Counted from the first letter of the stretch, positions 1 through 13,294 are shown. The stretch is DNA of 64,000 bases from Octopus vulgaris (GCA_951406725.2 OX597828.1:10044001-10108000); one strand, 5' to 3'. The notes: generated by a model from the letters alone, not told the origin. Made by a program: numbers and translations.

Positions 1-766
1 AGTTGGATAGAAGTATGTGCTTCTTTATTCCTGATATTTCATGTAAATCGAAAACCAACGGGATTTAAACGATCTACTGCATACATAAGGACATTTAAAA
101 TTATATGGAATAACAAGGGGGTTTAGATTACAATGATTCATAAACCTATACATTTGGTAGAGGGAAATACAGATGAATCTGTCAATTACTTTCAATTAAA
201 TGCAACACCCATTTTTTTTTAATGGTTTTAAAGAAGACAAATTCTCCGGATTGAAAGATGAGAAACAATTGAATGAGATGGGTTTAATAAAATGATCAGT
301 TTGGGGTTGGTGTGGATATCACCATCATTCGAATCCAGAAGAATCTGTGATGAACCGTGATAGAAAAAAAGAGAAAAAAAGCTAACACACTGTCATACAT
401 AAATGGGAAAGAAGAGATATATCTAATAAGCTAAAAATATATGTATATGATGAAAGTAGTTTTGAATCAAGAGATAAACCATTTAGGCAGGAAAAGCCGA
501 ATACATCTACGATCAAAGAAAATTTTCGGCAGCTAGTTATTAACGGACAACATTTTATAGAAGAATTTCACTATCATATGTCTAAATTAATGAAGCTGGA
601 AAATTGCCAAATTTACGTTCAAGTGATACGTGACACGACAATTTACTTAATATTTAGACAAAACTTTGTCAACAACTTTATCCTTATATTTTCATTCATC
701 TCGTGCTTTCTCATAATAAAACTGCCAAAACTACATAGTCTTCCTGTCAGTCTTTTTAATTGGTAA
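1..766 (+). pseudogene. Decayed coding-like sequence, family unknown
   Basis: Hand translation reads ~255 codons (SWIEVCASLF...MIHKPIHLVEGNTDESVNYFQLNATPIF / NGFKEDKFSGLKDEKQLNEMG...HTVIHKWERRDISNKLKIYVYDESSFESRDKPF...SLFNW) with 3 internal stops and one +1 shift at the T-run 212-220. 386-766 is stop-free. No homolog recognised. Confidence 0.35.
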
Positions 767-1033
767 ATAGGTTTAGCTGTTACTTATTTGTATTTTATAT
801 TATATGAAATGAAATGTCTACACCCTGAAATATAACATATGTTTAATGATTTCTTTGTCGAAGCAAACTTAAAGCAAAATTTAGCTTTCGGTTTTACGGT
901 TATAGACACCATCTGACAAAATAACATAAGTTCCGAAGAACATGAGCCTTACGAACACAATAGATACATAGAAAGCTACATATACATTGTTATGAGCATA
1001 TAAATGAGTGTGTGCATATGTGAGTGTGTGTGT

Positions 1034-1077
<44 letters not shown>

Positions 1078-1359
1078 AACAGCAAAAATGCAAAGCAAGG
1101 TGAAAAAATTGTACACCAATACGAAATGTACCGTAACCTGCCCTTTTATTTAAGCCGGAAAGATCTCCCTAAGCTGTCACTAAGTGAATCACGTTATAGT
1201 TTGTCGGGTAGTTGTCATCGTACTATACCGTCAGAACTTCCCGCCGAACGGTGACGCGAGTCTCTAAGTAATAGTTTGTGAAGATTTTTTCGGACTTAAC
1301 ACAAAGTATATATCTGTGGTAGGGATATATATATATGTGTGTATGTATGGCGACTTAAT

Positions 1360-1727
1360 AACCCAATGGTTACGGCAGCGGACTCGCGGTCGTAGAATCG
1401 AGGTTTCGATTCGCAGACTAGACGTTGTGAGTGTTTATTGAGCGAAAACACCTAAAGCTCCACAAGGCTCCGGCAGGGGATGCTGGTGAACTCTGATGTA
1501 CTCTTGCGCAACACCTTTCTCTCACTCTTTCTTCTTGTTTCTGTTGTACCCCTATTTTGAAAGGGCCAGCCTTGTTACACTCTGTGTCACGCTGAATCCC
1601 CCCCCCCGAGAACTTTGTTAAGGGTACACGTGTCTGTGGAGTGCTCAGCCACGTTAATTTCACGAGCAAGCTGTCCTGCTGATCGGATCAACTGGAATCC
1701 TCGTCGGCATAACCGACGGAGCGCCAC
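1360..1727 (+). mobile_element. tRNA-derived SINE (body M, tail A)
   Basis: tRNA-like head (CCAATGGTTACGGCAGCGGACTCGCGG...GGTTTCGATTCG). Body CACCTAAAGCTCCACAAGGCTCCGGCAGGGG is shared with 46240-46533. Tail is shared with 3540-3615. Ends in (TA)n. Confidence 0.8.
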
Positions 1728-1801
<74 letters not shown>

Positions 1802-1817
1802 TTATGTGCGTATGTAT

Positions 1818-1872
<55 letters not shown>

Positions 1873-2456
1873 GTGACCGCGCTTGTACCGTTGGCAATTT
1901 TTTTCCTCCGTCTTCCCTTCTCTGGATCTTACCTTTACCTATGTTTCTGATATATATATCATCGCCCACGCATACTTAGTGTACGAGGTTCGTTTGTTCG
2001 CCGGTAGACTAAGGTATAGCGCAGTGGAGATGCCTTCCTCAAACACCGGGTATTATAGTGAAACACCAGAAATATTTTAAAATGAAAGCTCATCAATGAA
2101 TTAGATTCACATTCATTACCATGACAAAGCTTGGAATTCAAGGGATATTAATAACAGTTGTCATGAATAAAAACATTATATATAGAGAAAATATGGTAAG
2201 CATGCTTCTGATCACATAGCCACTCTTGCCCATCATATATCTCTCATTTATTTTGAGTTTTAAGAAATTGTCTGTGAAATGTATTAATGTATATATATTA
2301 TATAATTATACAACTTATAAACAAGGAAAAAAGAAAAAAATTCCTAATGCCAAGTATGCCGAAATAGACTTAATCCTCAATAATCATATAATTTATCAGT
2401 ATAAGCACGTATTTCGAAAACCGAGAGAAATTTCTAAAAAAATTCCGTTATTACCA

Positions 2457-2510
2457 TATCGGACCCGATTTCAGAGTTAGTTCGTAAGAACCTTTCCCTC
2501 GTCAGTGATA
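2457..2510 (-). ncRNA. Type I hammerhead ribozyme motif (minimal stem III)
   Basis: Minus strand reads TATCA-CTGACGA-gggaaag-GTTC-ttac-GAAC-taactct-GAAA-TCGGG-TC-CGATA. Core is canonical, cleavage triplet is GUC, stem I TATC/GATA has one proximal mismatch. Confidence 0.6.
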
Positions 2511-3074
2511 AGTGCGGCAAAGGAATACATGAAATACTTACTCATACCCATGGAAGAAGCAAACACTTAGCCACGAGCACAATTATGTACACCAAATATA
2601 TCGAAAATAGAAATTCTCCAGCCCATTCGAGACACGTGCGATTCGAACTGAAAACCCTCAAAGAGTGAGAGAGTCCGGAAGTGAACACTATATTAGTGTA
2701 TTATACCTATGTTTGTGTGCCTCTCTGTTTTTCCCCATCATCGCTTGACAACGGGTGATAGTTTGTTTACGTTGCAGTAATTTAGCAGTTCGACCTCGAA
2801 TGCGTAAGTTGAAAAATCTCCACTTAACTGAGATTTAGCTCTAGCTTGACTATATATGTCTCTCTGGGAACACAGACATTATAAAAACCGTGAATATTAT
2901 TGATATCATCAACAAAGTCAGATAAATGAAATTTCAAGGAAATAATGATAATACAGTATTAAAAATATCTAGTGTTTAATTCCAAACAAGTGTAGACATA
3001 GAACAGAAGTTAATCTTGTTAGATATTATCAATGGAAGTGATTCACCAAAGTTGTCTAGAATTAAAAATGAATC

Positions 3075-3236
3075 TTTCAAATTTTGGTACATTCAAGCCA
3101 ATGCTGAACTGGTACTTGTTTTATCGGCTCTGACATGATGGAAAATGTTGGCCACGGCAGAATATGAACCCAGAGCGTAAATCCGCTGGAAAATATGGTG
3201 CTAAGCAGTTTCGCCGACCTGTTAATGATTCAGCCA
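3075..3236 (-). mobile_element. Degenerate tRNA-derived SINE (family of 32406/52818/59028)
   Basis: Reverse complement resembles GGCTGAATCATTAACAGG...GGTTCATATTCTGCCGTGG...CGATAAAACAAGTACCAG of the better copies. Confidence 0.5.
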
Positions 3237-3539
3237 AATGTGAGTTTCACAAGAAAGAACATACTTCACTGGTTGACTTAAAACACAAGATTCACTACCA
3301 ATTCCATTGTTTTACTTTACAAACTTTTGAGCAATACAAGGAATATAGGTTGCCTTACATTTCTTACTTCGATACTGTTTTTAGATTATATAATTACAGA
3401 TTCTCTTATTTACTAACTGCCATGATAATCTCAGTTAACTGGCGTTTTTAATCTCTCCCGATTAAAAACAGACAAGCACACACACGCGCACGCGCGTATG
3501 TATGCATGTATATAACTATGTAATCTACAGAAACCCGTA

Positions 3540-3748
3540 TCCTTAACGTAGTCCGAAGGAGATTCAGTATGACATGTAATGTTACAAGATTGACCCTTTG
3601 AATTAAAGGTACAACTTACTTCGTCAAGCTGACTAGAGCAACGTGAAATATAGTGTCTTGTCCAAGGACATAGCGTATTGCTATGTAATCGAACTCACGA
3701 CAATACAAGCGTGAGCTGAATGCCCTAACACTTAGCCACGCGCCTTCA
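3540..3748 (-). mobile_element. tRNA-derived SINE with CORE-like body and tail A
   Basis: Minus strand TGAAGGCGCGTGGCTAAGTGTTAGGG...GAGTTCGATT head, then GTCCTTGGACAAGACACT...TTTCACGTTGCTCTAGTC body. Tail is similar to 1545-1625. Confidence 0.7.
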
Positions 3749-4140
3749 AAGGCACATGCACATGTAGAAATGTATGCCTCCGGGTGAGTGTATGTGTGCA
3801 TGTGTGTGAGTGATTGTGCACATCCGTGTGCATGTAAGCGTGTAAGTTATGACCCCACATAATTACCATTATATAGAGGAGAACGGTAAGTTTAAGTCTC
3901 TCGGAACACCAACAACCGTCAAAAAAGGCGGGACGACCTTCATTTACTCACTGTTCAGTAACATTTCCTAACGCTAGATTTATCTTAGACTCTAGAAATT
4001 TATGTATTTGTTAATGTTGCATGCGGAAGTGCACACAAAAAGATGTTCTACCAAAAATAAAGAGCAACGCTTTTGGCTCACTTCAAACAAGAGTGTTTTC
4101 TTAACATTTGACAGCGATTCAAATCTATATTAGTTAAAGT

Positions 4141-4668
4141 TTTATCTTATATTTGTTTCAGTCATTAATCTGCGGCCATGCTTGGGCACCGTATTGAAGA
4201 ACTTTTAGTCGAATGAATCAACGTCAGTAATTATTCTTTTTTAAAACCTGGTTGTTATTATATTGGACACGTTTCCCGAACTGCTAAGTTACGGCAAGGT
4301 AACCAAACTATCACCCGTTGTCAAGCTATGATGGGGAAAAACAGACAGAGATACATACAAAGATAGGTGTACATACACTAAAATATATATATGATATATA
4401 TATATACATTAACGCATTTCACAAACAGTTTCTTGAAGCTTAAAATAAATGACAGATATATAAGTGGTAAGAGTGGTTGTGTGATCAGAAGCATGCTTAC
4501 CATCCTGTGTGTGTGTGTGAGTGTGCGCACACTCTTACATGCGTCAACCAAATTCATGCTCAAATCTTTGGTCGGCCTGAAGCATTAGTAGAAGACAGTT
4601 GACTAAGATGCTAAACAGTGGGACTGACCCCGGAAGCAACATCCATACCACACTGGCGTGGCGGCGCC
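4141..4668 (-). mobile_element. Degenerate family-1 SINE, interrupted in its central microsatellite by a ~105-bp inverted insert
   Basis: 4141-4350 matches the 3' half and 4540-4668 the 5' half of the intact copies at 36017 and 37271. Confidence 0.7.
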
Positions 4669-6039
4669 ACGTATATGTCTCATCATTTTGAACTATAAAT
4701 AAACTGTTTGGGAAATGTGTTAATGCAGACAAATCTTATGGGAACATAGTAACGTTAGCACTAAATACTTTTTGCTGGCACTTGTATTACTCAGCATCTT
4801 CTTCTAGAATATACCTATTTGATTCTGTTAACAATGCTTCTAGATGTTGCAAAGGGACATTCGCGAGGTCATCAAAATTATTAAGTCTACTATCTTTTGA
4901 AGTAGATCCGATGCTGGTAAAATCTAATGCTTCTTTCACCTTTTTCGGAAATTGAACCTTGCTATAAACGCATTAATATCATTTTACACGAATAGATGTT
5001 TGATCAGGGCATTGTGGAGGAATATTGTATAAATAAGGGAAATCTATGTGAAAAATTTGGTATATAGAACCAGCTATATTTAGTTATCTAAATTCACAAT
5101 GACATAGATAAGATGATCGGAGAAAAAATATTTCATACGCTTCAGTTCTTAACTAATAAAATGTAAGTTTCATCATCAAAGGAGGTAATGCTGAACAAAA
5201 ATAAATTTACTGGAAAAACCAAGTCAAAGAACAAACACAGGAGCAGAATTTTGATCCGTTCATGAATTGCGGAATAGAATTACGGCAAATGTGACAAAAT
5301 AGTTCATTCCAGAGATGCCATCATTGTATTTAAGTTGCGGTGGAAGAAACGAGAATGTGTGAAATAGAACAACAGCTATGGGAAAGAATACATGTTGTGG
5401 AAAGGATAGGAGCTACTGGAAAAATTACAAAACGAGTCAAATAGAATATAAAACGATCGTAGCGATAGTTTCAGGTACGATGGTACAAGGAACGGAAACT
5501 ACACATAGTGACGTGGAGAAGAAAATGTATAAATACATATATATATATGCATGAATGCATATTTATATTATTTATATGTATAAAATTTAGGTATCATCTA
5601 TCTATCTTTGTCTCTCTGTATTTCTATCTCTCTTTCTCTCTCTCACTCGCTATGTATATATATGCATATATACATACAAACATGTACATACTTACATATA
5701 TATGTATAGACACATGAATACATGGGTACATGACGTCAAAAAACGTGAACAACATGAAAAACGAGAACATGAAATACAAGAACATGGAAAACGAACTTTT
5801 TTTTTAATAACGAAACAAACAAATAGGAAAACGAAACGGGCATCATAAAGAACAATCCTTTCATCATTTGTCCACTGTTTTATCTACTCCGCATTTCGAG
5901 CGTTAGGACAAGAAGCGTCTTCATCAAAATAGTCGCTCCCGCAAAGCAAATTAAATGAAATTTGGGATTTATGGAATGTCAAAATTGGTAACAAAAACAG
6001 GACAGGTAAGGGCTGTTAAGCCATGTCTCCTGCCAAAGC

Positions 6040-6904
6040 TTGTTTCTCCAGTCCTTACCGTTTTATAAATTTTATACTATTAATTTGGCGCTTGCTCCTT
6101 GTTTGTTTCTGATATTGTCTACTACACAGTATAGCAATGTCAGCAGGGCACCATATGTGAGAGAAGAACACCATGGCGCACTTTCTCTGCCTGAAATTAA
6201 GAAACGGCATGCTGTACTGTATGGCTTTCGCGCAGGAAGCTCCAATACGAACATTTGAGTGTGTTTGGGTGTGAATCTGAGGACAGTGCAATCTGATGAC
6301 ATGTACCGAGAGTGATAAAAATCAAACATTCACTCAGCATCAAGCTGAGAGGGATCACAAGTGATGGCAGCGTTATGCCTACCTTCATTTTCTCACACGA
6401 CCTTCATCTTCTCACACGGGCAACGTCAAGTGTCTGGAGGAGGTAGTGCTACCTTGAATCAAGACCCTATATCTAGCAACAGGACTTTCCACCATGCCAT
6501 AGAAGCAGGAGAACCCAGTCATGGCTGTCAAACAATTTCTGCGACCACACCACCTATAACATCTGGTCACTAATCACTCCCGACTGCACCACGACTTCAT
6601 TATTATATGTAAGGCACAGATGAGCGTGAGACTAACAAAACTCCTTGTGACGCTAAAGATAAACTGAATGCAGGGATTATCGCAGCCTTCACCAACTTAA
6701 ACAAGAAGACCTTCCAGAAGAGTTACAGGAGATTCCGAAGCCATCTGGAGGCTGTTGAAGTCAATGACGATTTTATTGAATACATTTACTTTTTCGTATT
6801 TCAAGATGCTTTTATGCAATTTTGGTAAATATATCTGTTAAAATTATGCTAGTGTTATCTTCATTTTTGCATAATTTACACGACAGTTATTTCAACACAC
6901 CCTG
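6040..6904 (+). mobile_element. Decayed, internally deleted Tc1/mariner-superfamily transposon, probably DD37D (maT-like)
   Basis: Remnants include KRHAVLYGFRAG..GVNLRTVQ (HTH-like), ITSDGSVMPTFIF, QQDFPPCHRSRRTQSWLSNNFCDH..NIW..PDC and FRSHLEAVEVNDDFIE. The right end is CACCCTG-TA. The left boundary is uncertain, and the D..D spacing is reconstructed across frameshifts. Confidence 0.8.
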
Positions 6905-6950
6905 TATATATTATATATATATATATATATACATTATATGAAATTATATG

Positions 6951-6981
<31 letters not shown>

Positions 6982-6998
6982 GTATGTATATATATATG

Positions 6999-7064
<66 letters not shown>

Positions 7065-7103
7065 CCTATGTATATATAAAAAAATTGTGAAAGTGTGAAA
7101 ATA

Positions 7104-7362
7104 GGAGACTTAATAGACATAAGTTAAATTATTAATTAACATTGCCTACAATTTTTCACTTCACTCCCAATTAATTTATAAAACATATATAAAAGAATAA
7201 GTTTGCATTCTGAGTATCCTGGGTAGAAGTACTTCAGAGCAAAATGGACATTATAGAATTTACATTTTCTATCTTTTGTAATTTAAATTGGGTCTGAAGT
7301 GAAACAATCGTAGGCAATCTTAATTGATTAATAACTTAATTTAAATCCATTGAAATATCTCC
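7104..7362 (-). mobile_element. Inverted-repeat element with hammerhead-like fold (Penelope-like terminal repeat remnant)
   Basis: Arms at ~7120-7180 and ~7280-7338. Minus strand 7245-7141 reads TTGCT-CTGAAGT-ACTTC-(~60 nt)-GAAGT-GAAA-AATTG-TA-GGCAA. Located between (TA)n tracts. Confidence 0.55.
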
Positions 7363-7429
7363 CTTTTCAAACTTATTAATAATATTTCTTGTTTTCGGAT
7401 ATATATATATACAAGCATAAATATATATG

Positions 7430-7475
<46 letters not shown>

Positions 7476-7944
7476 ATTGTACATGTAAATATGCACGTAC
7501 GTATGTGTGAATGTGTGTATGCATGTATGTACATATAAATACACATACACACACACACACATCACATACACACACACACATATATATATAGATATAGATA
7601 AATTTATATGTATAGATATATGTGTGTGTGTGTGTGTGTGTGAGTGTGGATGTGTAGTATCTTTGTTGTCTCTCCAGGGTACACACCTGGTCTTTATTCC
7701 CTTCTTCTCTCTCTTTACCATAACAGCTCGGCAAACGGATGAACTGATAAAAATTACTAAAACCATATTCTTTATTCATTTAAACCATGAAATCTACGGC
7801 CGAGCATGGCCGCAGTATAATACGTAAAACCTGCAGGACAAAAGATAAAATGTTATATGGCCTTGAAATAATATAAATCAGCACAGGAGCAGTGTGCAAA
7901 TAGAATATATGAATGAATGAGAACACGAGCTTTATATTCGAAAG

Positions 7945-9395
7945 CAGTGGTTCCTATACCTTTTCGGAGTGGCACCCTGTTCACATTCCTAATGATCTCT
8001 GCTCCACTTAATCACCACCGACGTAGACCACTTTCTTAATGAAGTTTGACAAAACTGCATTTCCCAAATAAAACGCAACCTAATTAATCCATTATTTTGT
8101 TGCTTTTACATACATCATCCGGAGTACGAAATTTTTTTTTTCCACGTGAGTTCCGGTCACCTCTTATAAGCTTATTTGCATACAGCTAATCAGAGCTCAA
8201 ATATCAAACTAATTTATGAGCGCATAAGAAGTGATGGACGATAAGTTAAGGTCACCTGAGTAAGGAATGGCCTTGCTTCTTTTCTATTTTAATAATGCTC
8301 GTTGTTCTTGCTCTTGTTTTAACCATTGCTGCCTCTGCGTAGTTATTTGTGTCGTTGTTTACTTTGTAAAACAGTAAGAGGATAGGGTTGCTTGCAAATC
8401 ACCCTGTCCCCTCATTTTTTCCATCCATATTTTTACCATATGTGGCCCTAACAAAATCCGATAACAGGTATAGATGTAAATCTATCTAAATACTTGTATT
8501 CCTCTAAAATCAGGTATAAATTGGCGATCGGTCGACAACACCGTTCTTTGTCCTTAGTCTACTTGCTACAGTGTGTTTGTTAGCTTGACAACAATATCAA
8601 GATGGGCTCTGATTGGCTGTATGCAAATGAGTTCATTATATTTTCGTGGGGAAAATATTCATGTCTGGGGCACCAAACTTTTCCCACGAGGGTTCCGTAA
8701 TCCAGTCATGAACTCATTTGTATACAGCTAATCAGAGCACACCTTAAAAATCCACATACTGTGTACTACTACAGTACAGCCATTCAGGTATAGAACGGTG
8801 CATGCCATTCTTTAAGTACAGCTTAGCAGGCTTCACATAATCACCACATCCTACCTACCATCTTTATAGATCAATTGAGCACCATCTCTATATGAGGCTG
8901 ACATTAGCTACCTATGCTCAGAATGAGATTAGTGATACTAGATGTACCCACTGATATATTCAAGGAGGGCGCAATACGGTACAACGCCATATTGATTACG
9001 AAGTTTCCAGATCAACACCAATATTTTAAATTAGGAATGTAGAAATCAGTCAAAATATTAGGAAAATACACTCATTTACATTTTCTAGTAGATTACGCAA
9101 ATTGGTAACACTAATGGCATTATCGGTGAGCAGCTCACCTTTCAGATTATACACTAAATTTCACATTTGTAAGCACTATTAACCCGTTTAGGACTGTTAG
9201 ATTTTGCTATAATGCACATTTCCCACTGAACTCAACCAGAGTATTTTCGTGACTAGGTATTTTCGACACTAGTTTGATAATTGAGCTCTGATTGGCTGTA
9301 CGCAAATGGGTTCATAACTGGGGTCCGGAACTCTCGTGGGAAAAATATTCGCGTCCGGAGCGGAGGGCAGTGGTGCTCACTTTGGGAAACCACTG
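7945..9395. mobile_element. hAT (Charlie-like) non-autonomous DNA transposon
   Basis: Ends CAGTGGTTCCTA... and ...TGGGAAACCACTG. The 8-bp flanks TTCGAAAG and TTCTAAAT match at 6/8 and are NTCTAGAN-like. Four internal copies of a ~65-80-bp motif lie in alternating orientation. Confidence 0.7.
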
Positions 9396-12300
9396 TTCTA
9401 AATTTATAGACAAATAAATGGACGTAAGTGCATAGCTTGTATTATCTAAAAGCAAATGCGAAGTGTACGTAATGCTCAAATCTTCTGTTTAATTACTTGG
9501 CCTAAAAATTCTCTACGACACATGTGAAGAGATATAAATATTGACTGAAAGCTAGTGGTTACAAAAAGTCACTGGAGATCATTAAATAACCATGGAAATA
9601 TAAATTAAAAGCTGAAGAAACAGCAACAACTTATTTTAATATCTAGAGAATTTAATAAATATTATTTTTAGAATTGTGAGCAAGCCCATAATATAGAACG
9701 AAAGACGATAGTACGAGATTCCATTTAATAACGATTGTATGTGAGAGAAATATTAAAATGTACATTATTATATAGAATATAAAATGCTTTAAAAAATACT
9801 TCGAAAAATATATATATGACAGTTTATCAAGTATATGGAAATATATATTACGCGTGTGTTTGCGAATATCAGATTTAGACGTTTTGTTTCTTTTTTGTTT
9901 TTTGTTCTTTTTTTCACTACATCAGTCAAGCAAAATAACATTAATAATCATCAGAGAGATTTGGCAAAAGTTCTAATAAATATAAAGAATAAGTTTTGAT
10001 TATCATAATCATCAAAATCTTCAGAATAATTATCATTAGTTTCATGATTTTTGTATCACTATCAGCGCTGTCATTACAATAAACATCATTGGACTGAAGA
10101 TAACCATGGCGACGTTCATTTTATCATGAAAATATGAGTAAGAAAGATTACAGCAATGGGAACATGATATCGTATAATAATAATTATAATGTTTCTGAAA
10201 CGCTTTTATCTGAAATTTGGTGTTGAAACAGATATTGTTGTACATTCATAGATTTATTTTTGCCAATACGAAAGACAATCGGTGATTGCGGTTATTAATC
10301 ACTTCCTTTGGAAAATACTAGACGAGGTGACACATGGTATTTAGTTACTTGTCTTGATAATTTTTCTTGCTGTTTTGTTATGCCATACAGAGAAAGGCCG
10401 ATTGCGCTATGTCCATAAATGCACTAAACGAAAAAGAAAACTAAATACGCCGGCAACAGCTCGACGTTTGATTTCGAGATTCACTACCACGGGAGCAGAA
10501 GAATTGTATCTTGTTACTATAGGTTAACTAACTGTAGTTAGAAGTATTAGCAGTATTAACAATATATATCTGTTGCGATCGGAGATACTGCCGTAAAATG
10601 AAGACTGATAAACGTTATTGTGGTTTTAACATCGATTACATGAAACGTTAGCAGAAATGTAGGTCAGAGTTTGGAATGTATTGATCAGGGACTCGTTGTC
10701 AAATAGTCATATGGCTTCCTTTTACGGTGGGTCTGGCATATTGTGTCCAGACTAACTGCATTTTCCTGTGTGACTGGAACTTATTTGATAGTTGTATATT
10801 TCTTTCAAATTACTTGTTTAGACCTAATGTATTATGTGAATCCATAGAGAAAGGTTTATGATTGAAATTTAGTGTTTATTTGTGTTATTTGTATGGAGTT
10901 CTCAGAAAGTATCATGTGTGATAGTGAAAATTTTAATGTTATATGCCATTATAATGGAAATTAAGATATATGATATTTTTCATCGCATCAACTATCACTA
11001 TAAGTGGTATCATATGTGGAGGATTAACCGATTAGAGAAAATCACAAGCAAATCGTTGAGTGAGTAATGATGGATGCATTGGAGACAAGCAGAATAGTGT
11101 AAGTACTCATGCGTTGGAGCACAAATTATAATCCATTTATCATGCAAGCGTTAATTTGTGTATTTGTGTCTCTATCAAATCAAATTAATGCTGGATATCT
11201 ATTTGTCCTTCGGTTCGTCTAAATATTTCTTATCGCAAGAGATAAAAATATAAGTAATACCGAATTAGTATCGTCGTTTTCTTTTAAAGAACAGTCCACA
11301 TCTAAATACATCTACCGTTACACGCAGTTATAAGAATTCCTTCTATATTTTCCTTTCTGAATCACTTTTTTTTTATTATGAAAGCCATTTCTTACAACCC
11401 CACAAACCCAATATTTGCACTATTAGACAGGAACAAGTTTAGAAAATTGTAGGTTGGGCCAAATATAACCGAGCATATATGTAAAAGAGGAATTAATTTG
11501 GAAAATTGTGGGTAGGGCCCAACACAACCAAGAATACACGCAATCAGAATAAAGGCACTATTAGTTGTAGTATTTTCTTTATTTTCGTTGTTGTTGAATT
11601 ACTGTTATTTTGCTGTTGTTGAATTGCTGTTATTTCATTTTATTTTATTTTTCTGTTGAATTGCTGTTATTATTGTAATTACTAGTTTTTTTTATTGATA
11701 TATAGCAATGAAATTTTTACCTAGCCTCAGAGACGCGTGGGAAACCAGTGAAGAAAAAAATTACAGCAAAGGCATTGCCCTTAGATCGGAGATATAATCC
11801 AAATGCCTGCAAGGGACTATTTTCCATGAATGAAAACACAGGGGCCTGGTGGTGCTATTAAATGGGATGATGGCTTAGTACAACTTTTAAAATTACACCA
11901 AACGCTCTATACTAAAAGCTAAATTGATTATACAGAAATGGCAATATCAGCAGCTACCTATAAATTAGTTACTTAACCAATGTCATGTGAGATATATATA
12001 TATAATTAATATTAATCTTCTTTAATATGCCTTTGTCATGAGTATCTAAAACTAAATCAAAAGATTATTTTAAGTAACCCACGAGATTAGTATTCTCGTT
12101 GCTCAATTCTAATTTATTGCCATCTTCGTAAACTTTTGCAATATAATCATCCACGTAATAAATTTGAAACTATGATTACTTATTTCGCAGTCAAATCTGT
12201 GTGTATAGAGTGTGCGTAACGATGTGTTACAATCTTGATAGATTGAAAGTATATCATAGTGGAAGTAACATTATTAGGAAATTTCTATTTCCGATAGAGA

Positions 12301-13294
12301 GAAATAACTTGAAGGTACAGGAATTAAGTGAATCATTAAAAGACACAGTGCCGAAGAATAGATTTAGAAATACGTTCAGCATATATAAAAGTTATCTTAA
12401 ATGTACGCTATATATAAGTATAACACACTAATATATATGTAGGTGTATATGTATACATGTATGTGTGTGTATGTCTGTAGGTATTTTATTTGGGTAGATT
12501 CAAAATACAGCGCAGCATAAAGGAATTTATGATATAAAAGCAATTGTGCCCTGATATATTTCAATATCAACATATCTAATACCGATCTTCTTCCTGTAGA
12601 ATAAATTTCGAATATAACAAACCTTCTTCTATTTGAAAAGGCGTAGTGGATTCGGTTAAAGAAGAGATTTCATTTAGTCACGCAGATCTGAGAATTCTGA
12701 GAGTTCAAACTTCATTCCAGGAAAGATTTGTTGAACTTCATATTGACAAATTTAAACAGCAGAAAATATCGGCGTAATTCCAAACAATTTTAATTGTTGT
12801 TAAATTTGAATTCAATTCACAAATGGCATGTATTTATTTATTGAAACTAACACAATTATACATTAGCACTCAATTATCAGTCGTAAAATAATATTGTAGC
12901 AAAATATTATGGGAAAACACACGCATAATCTACATTAGATTTAGTATTTGAGGTGAGAAAGTGAAAATAAGGACTATAAAATAGAATTTATAATATAATT
13001 TTATTTATATGCAGAACATTAATCAAAATAGAAATATACATATATACAATGTCCGTCCATTATTGTATGAAATGGTCTTCTATAATAAGTTATTTTCTAG
13101 CTTGGAGTTTTAAGATACCTATCATACTGATAGGGCAAGTGGTTCTTATGACCTCATGTTACAGCAAGGAGAAGCAAGATTTGCATTTCCTCTAAAACAA
13201 AGCAGATATCATAAAGAACATAAAGATACGTTTCTACATTTGATAAACAAGTAATACATAATCCGGAACAGGTAAGATAGGCATTTTCATTACC

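Noticed and set aside
11437-11670. ~59-bp two-unit tandem repeat and TGTTGAATT(A/G)CTGTTATT repeats as a CRISPR-like array
   Set aside because: Irregular, degenerate local duplications in eukaryotic DNA, with no constant repeat/spacer periodicity.
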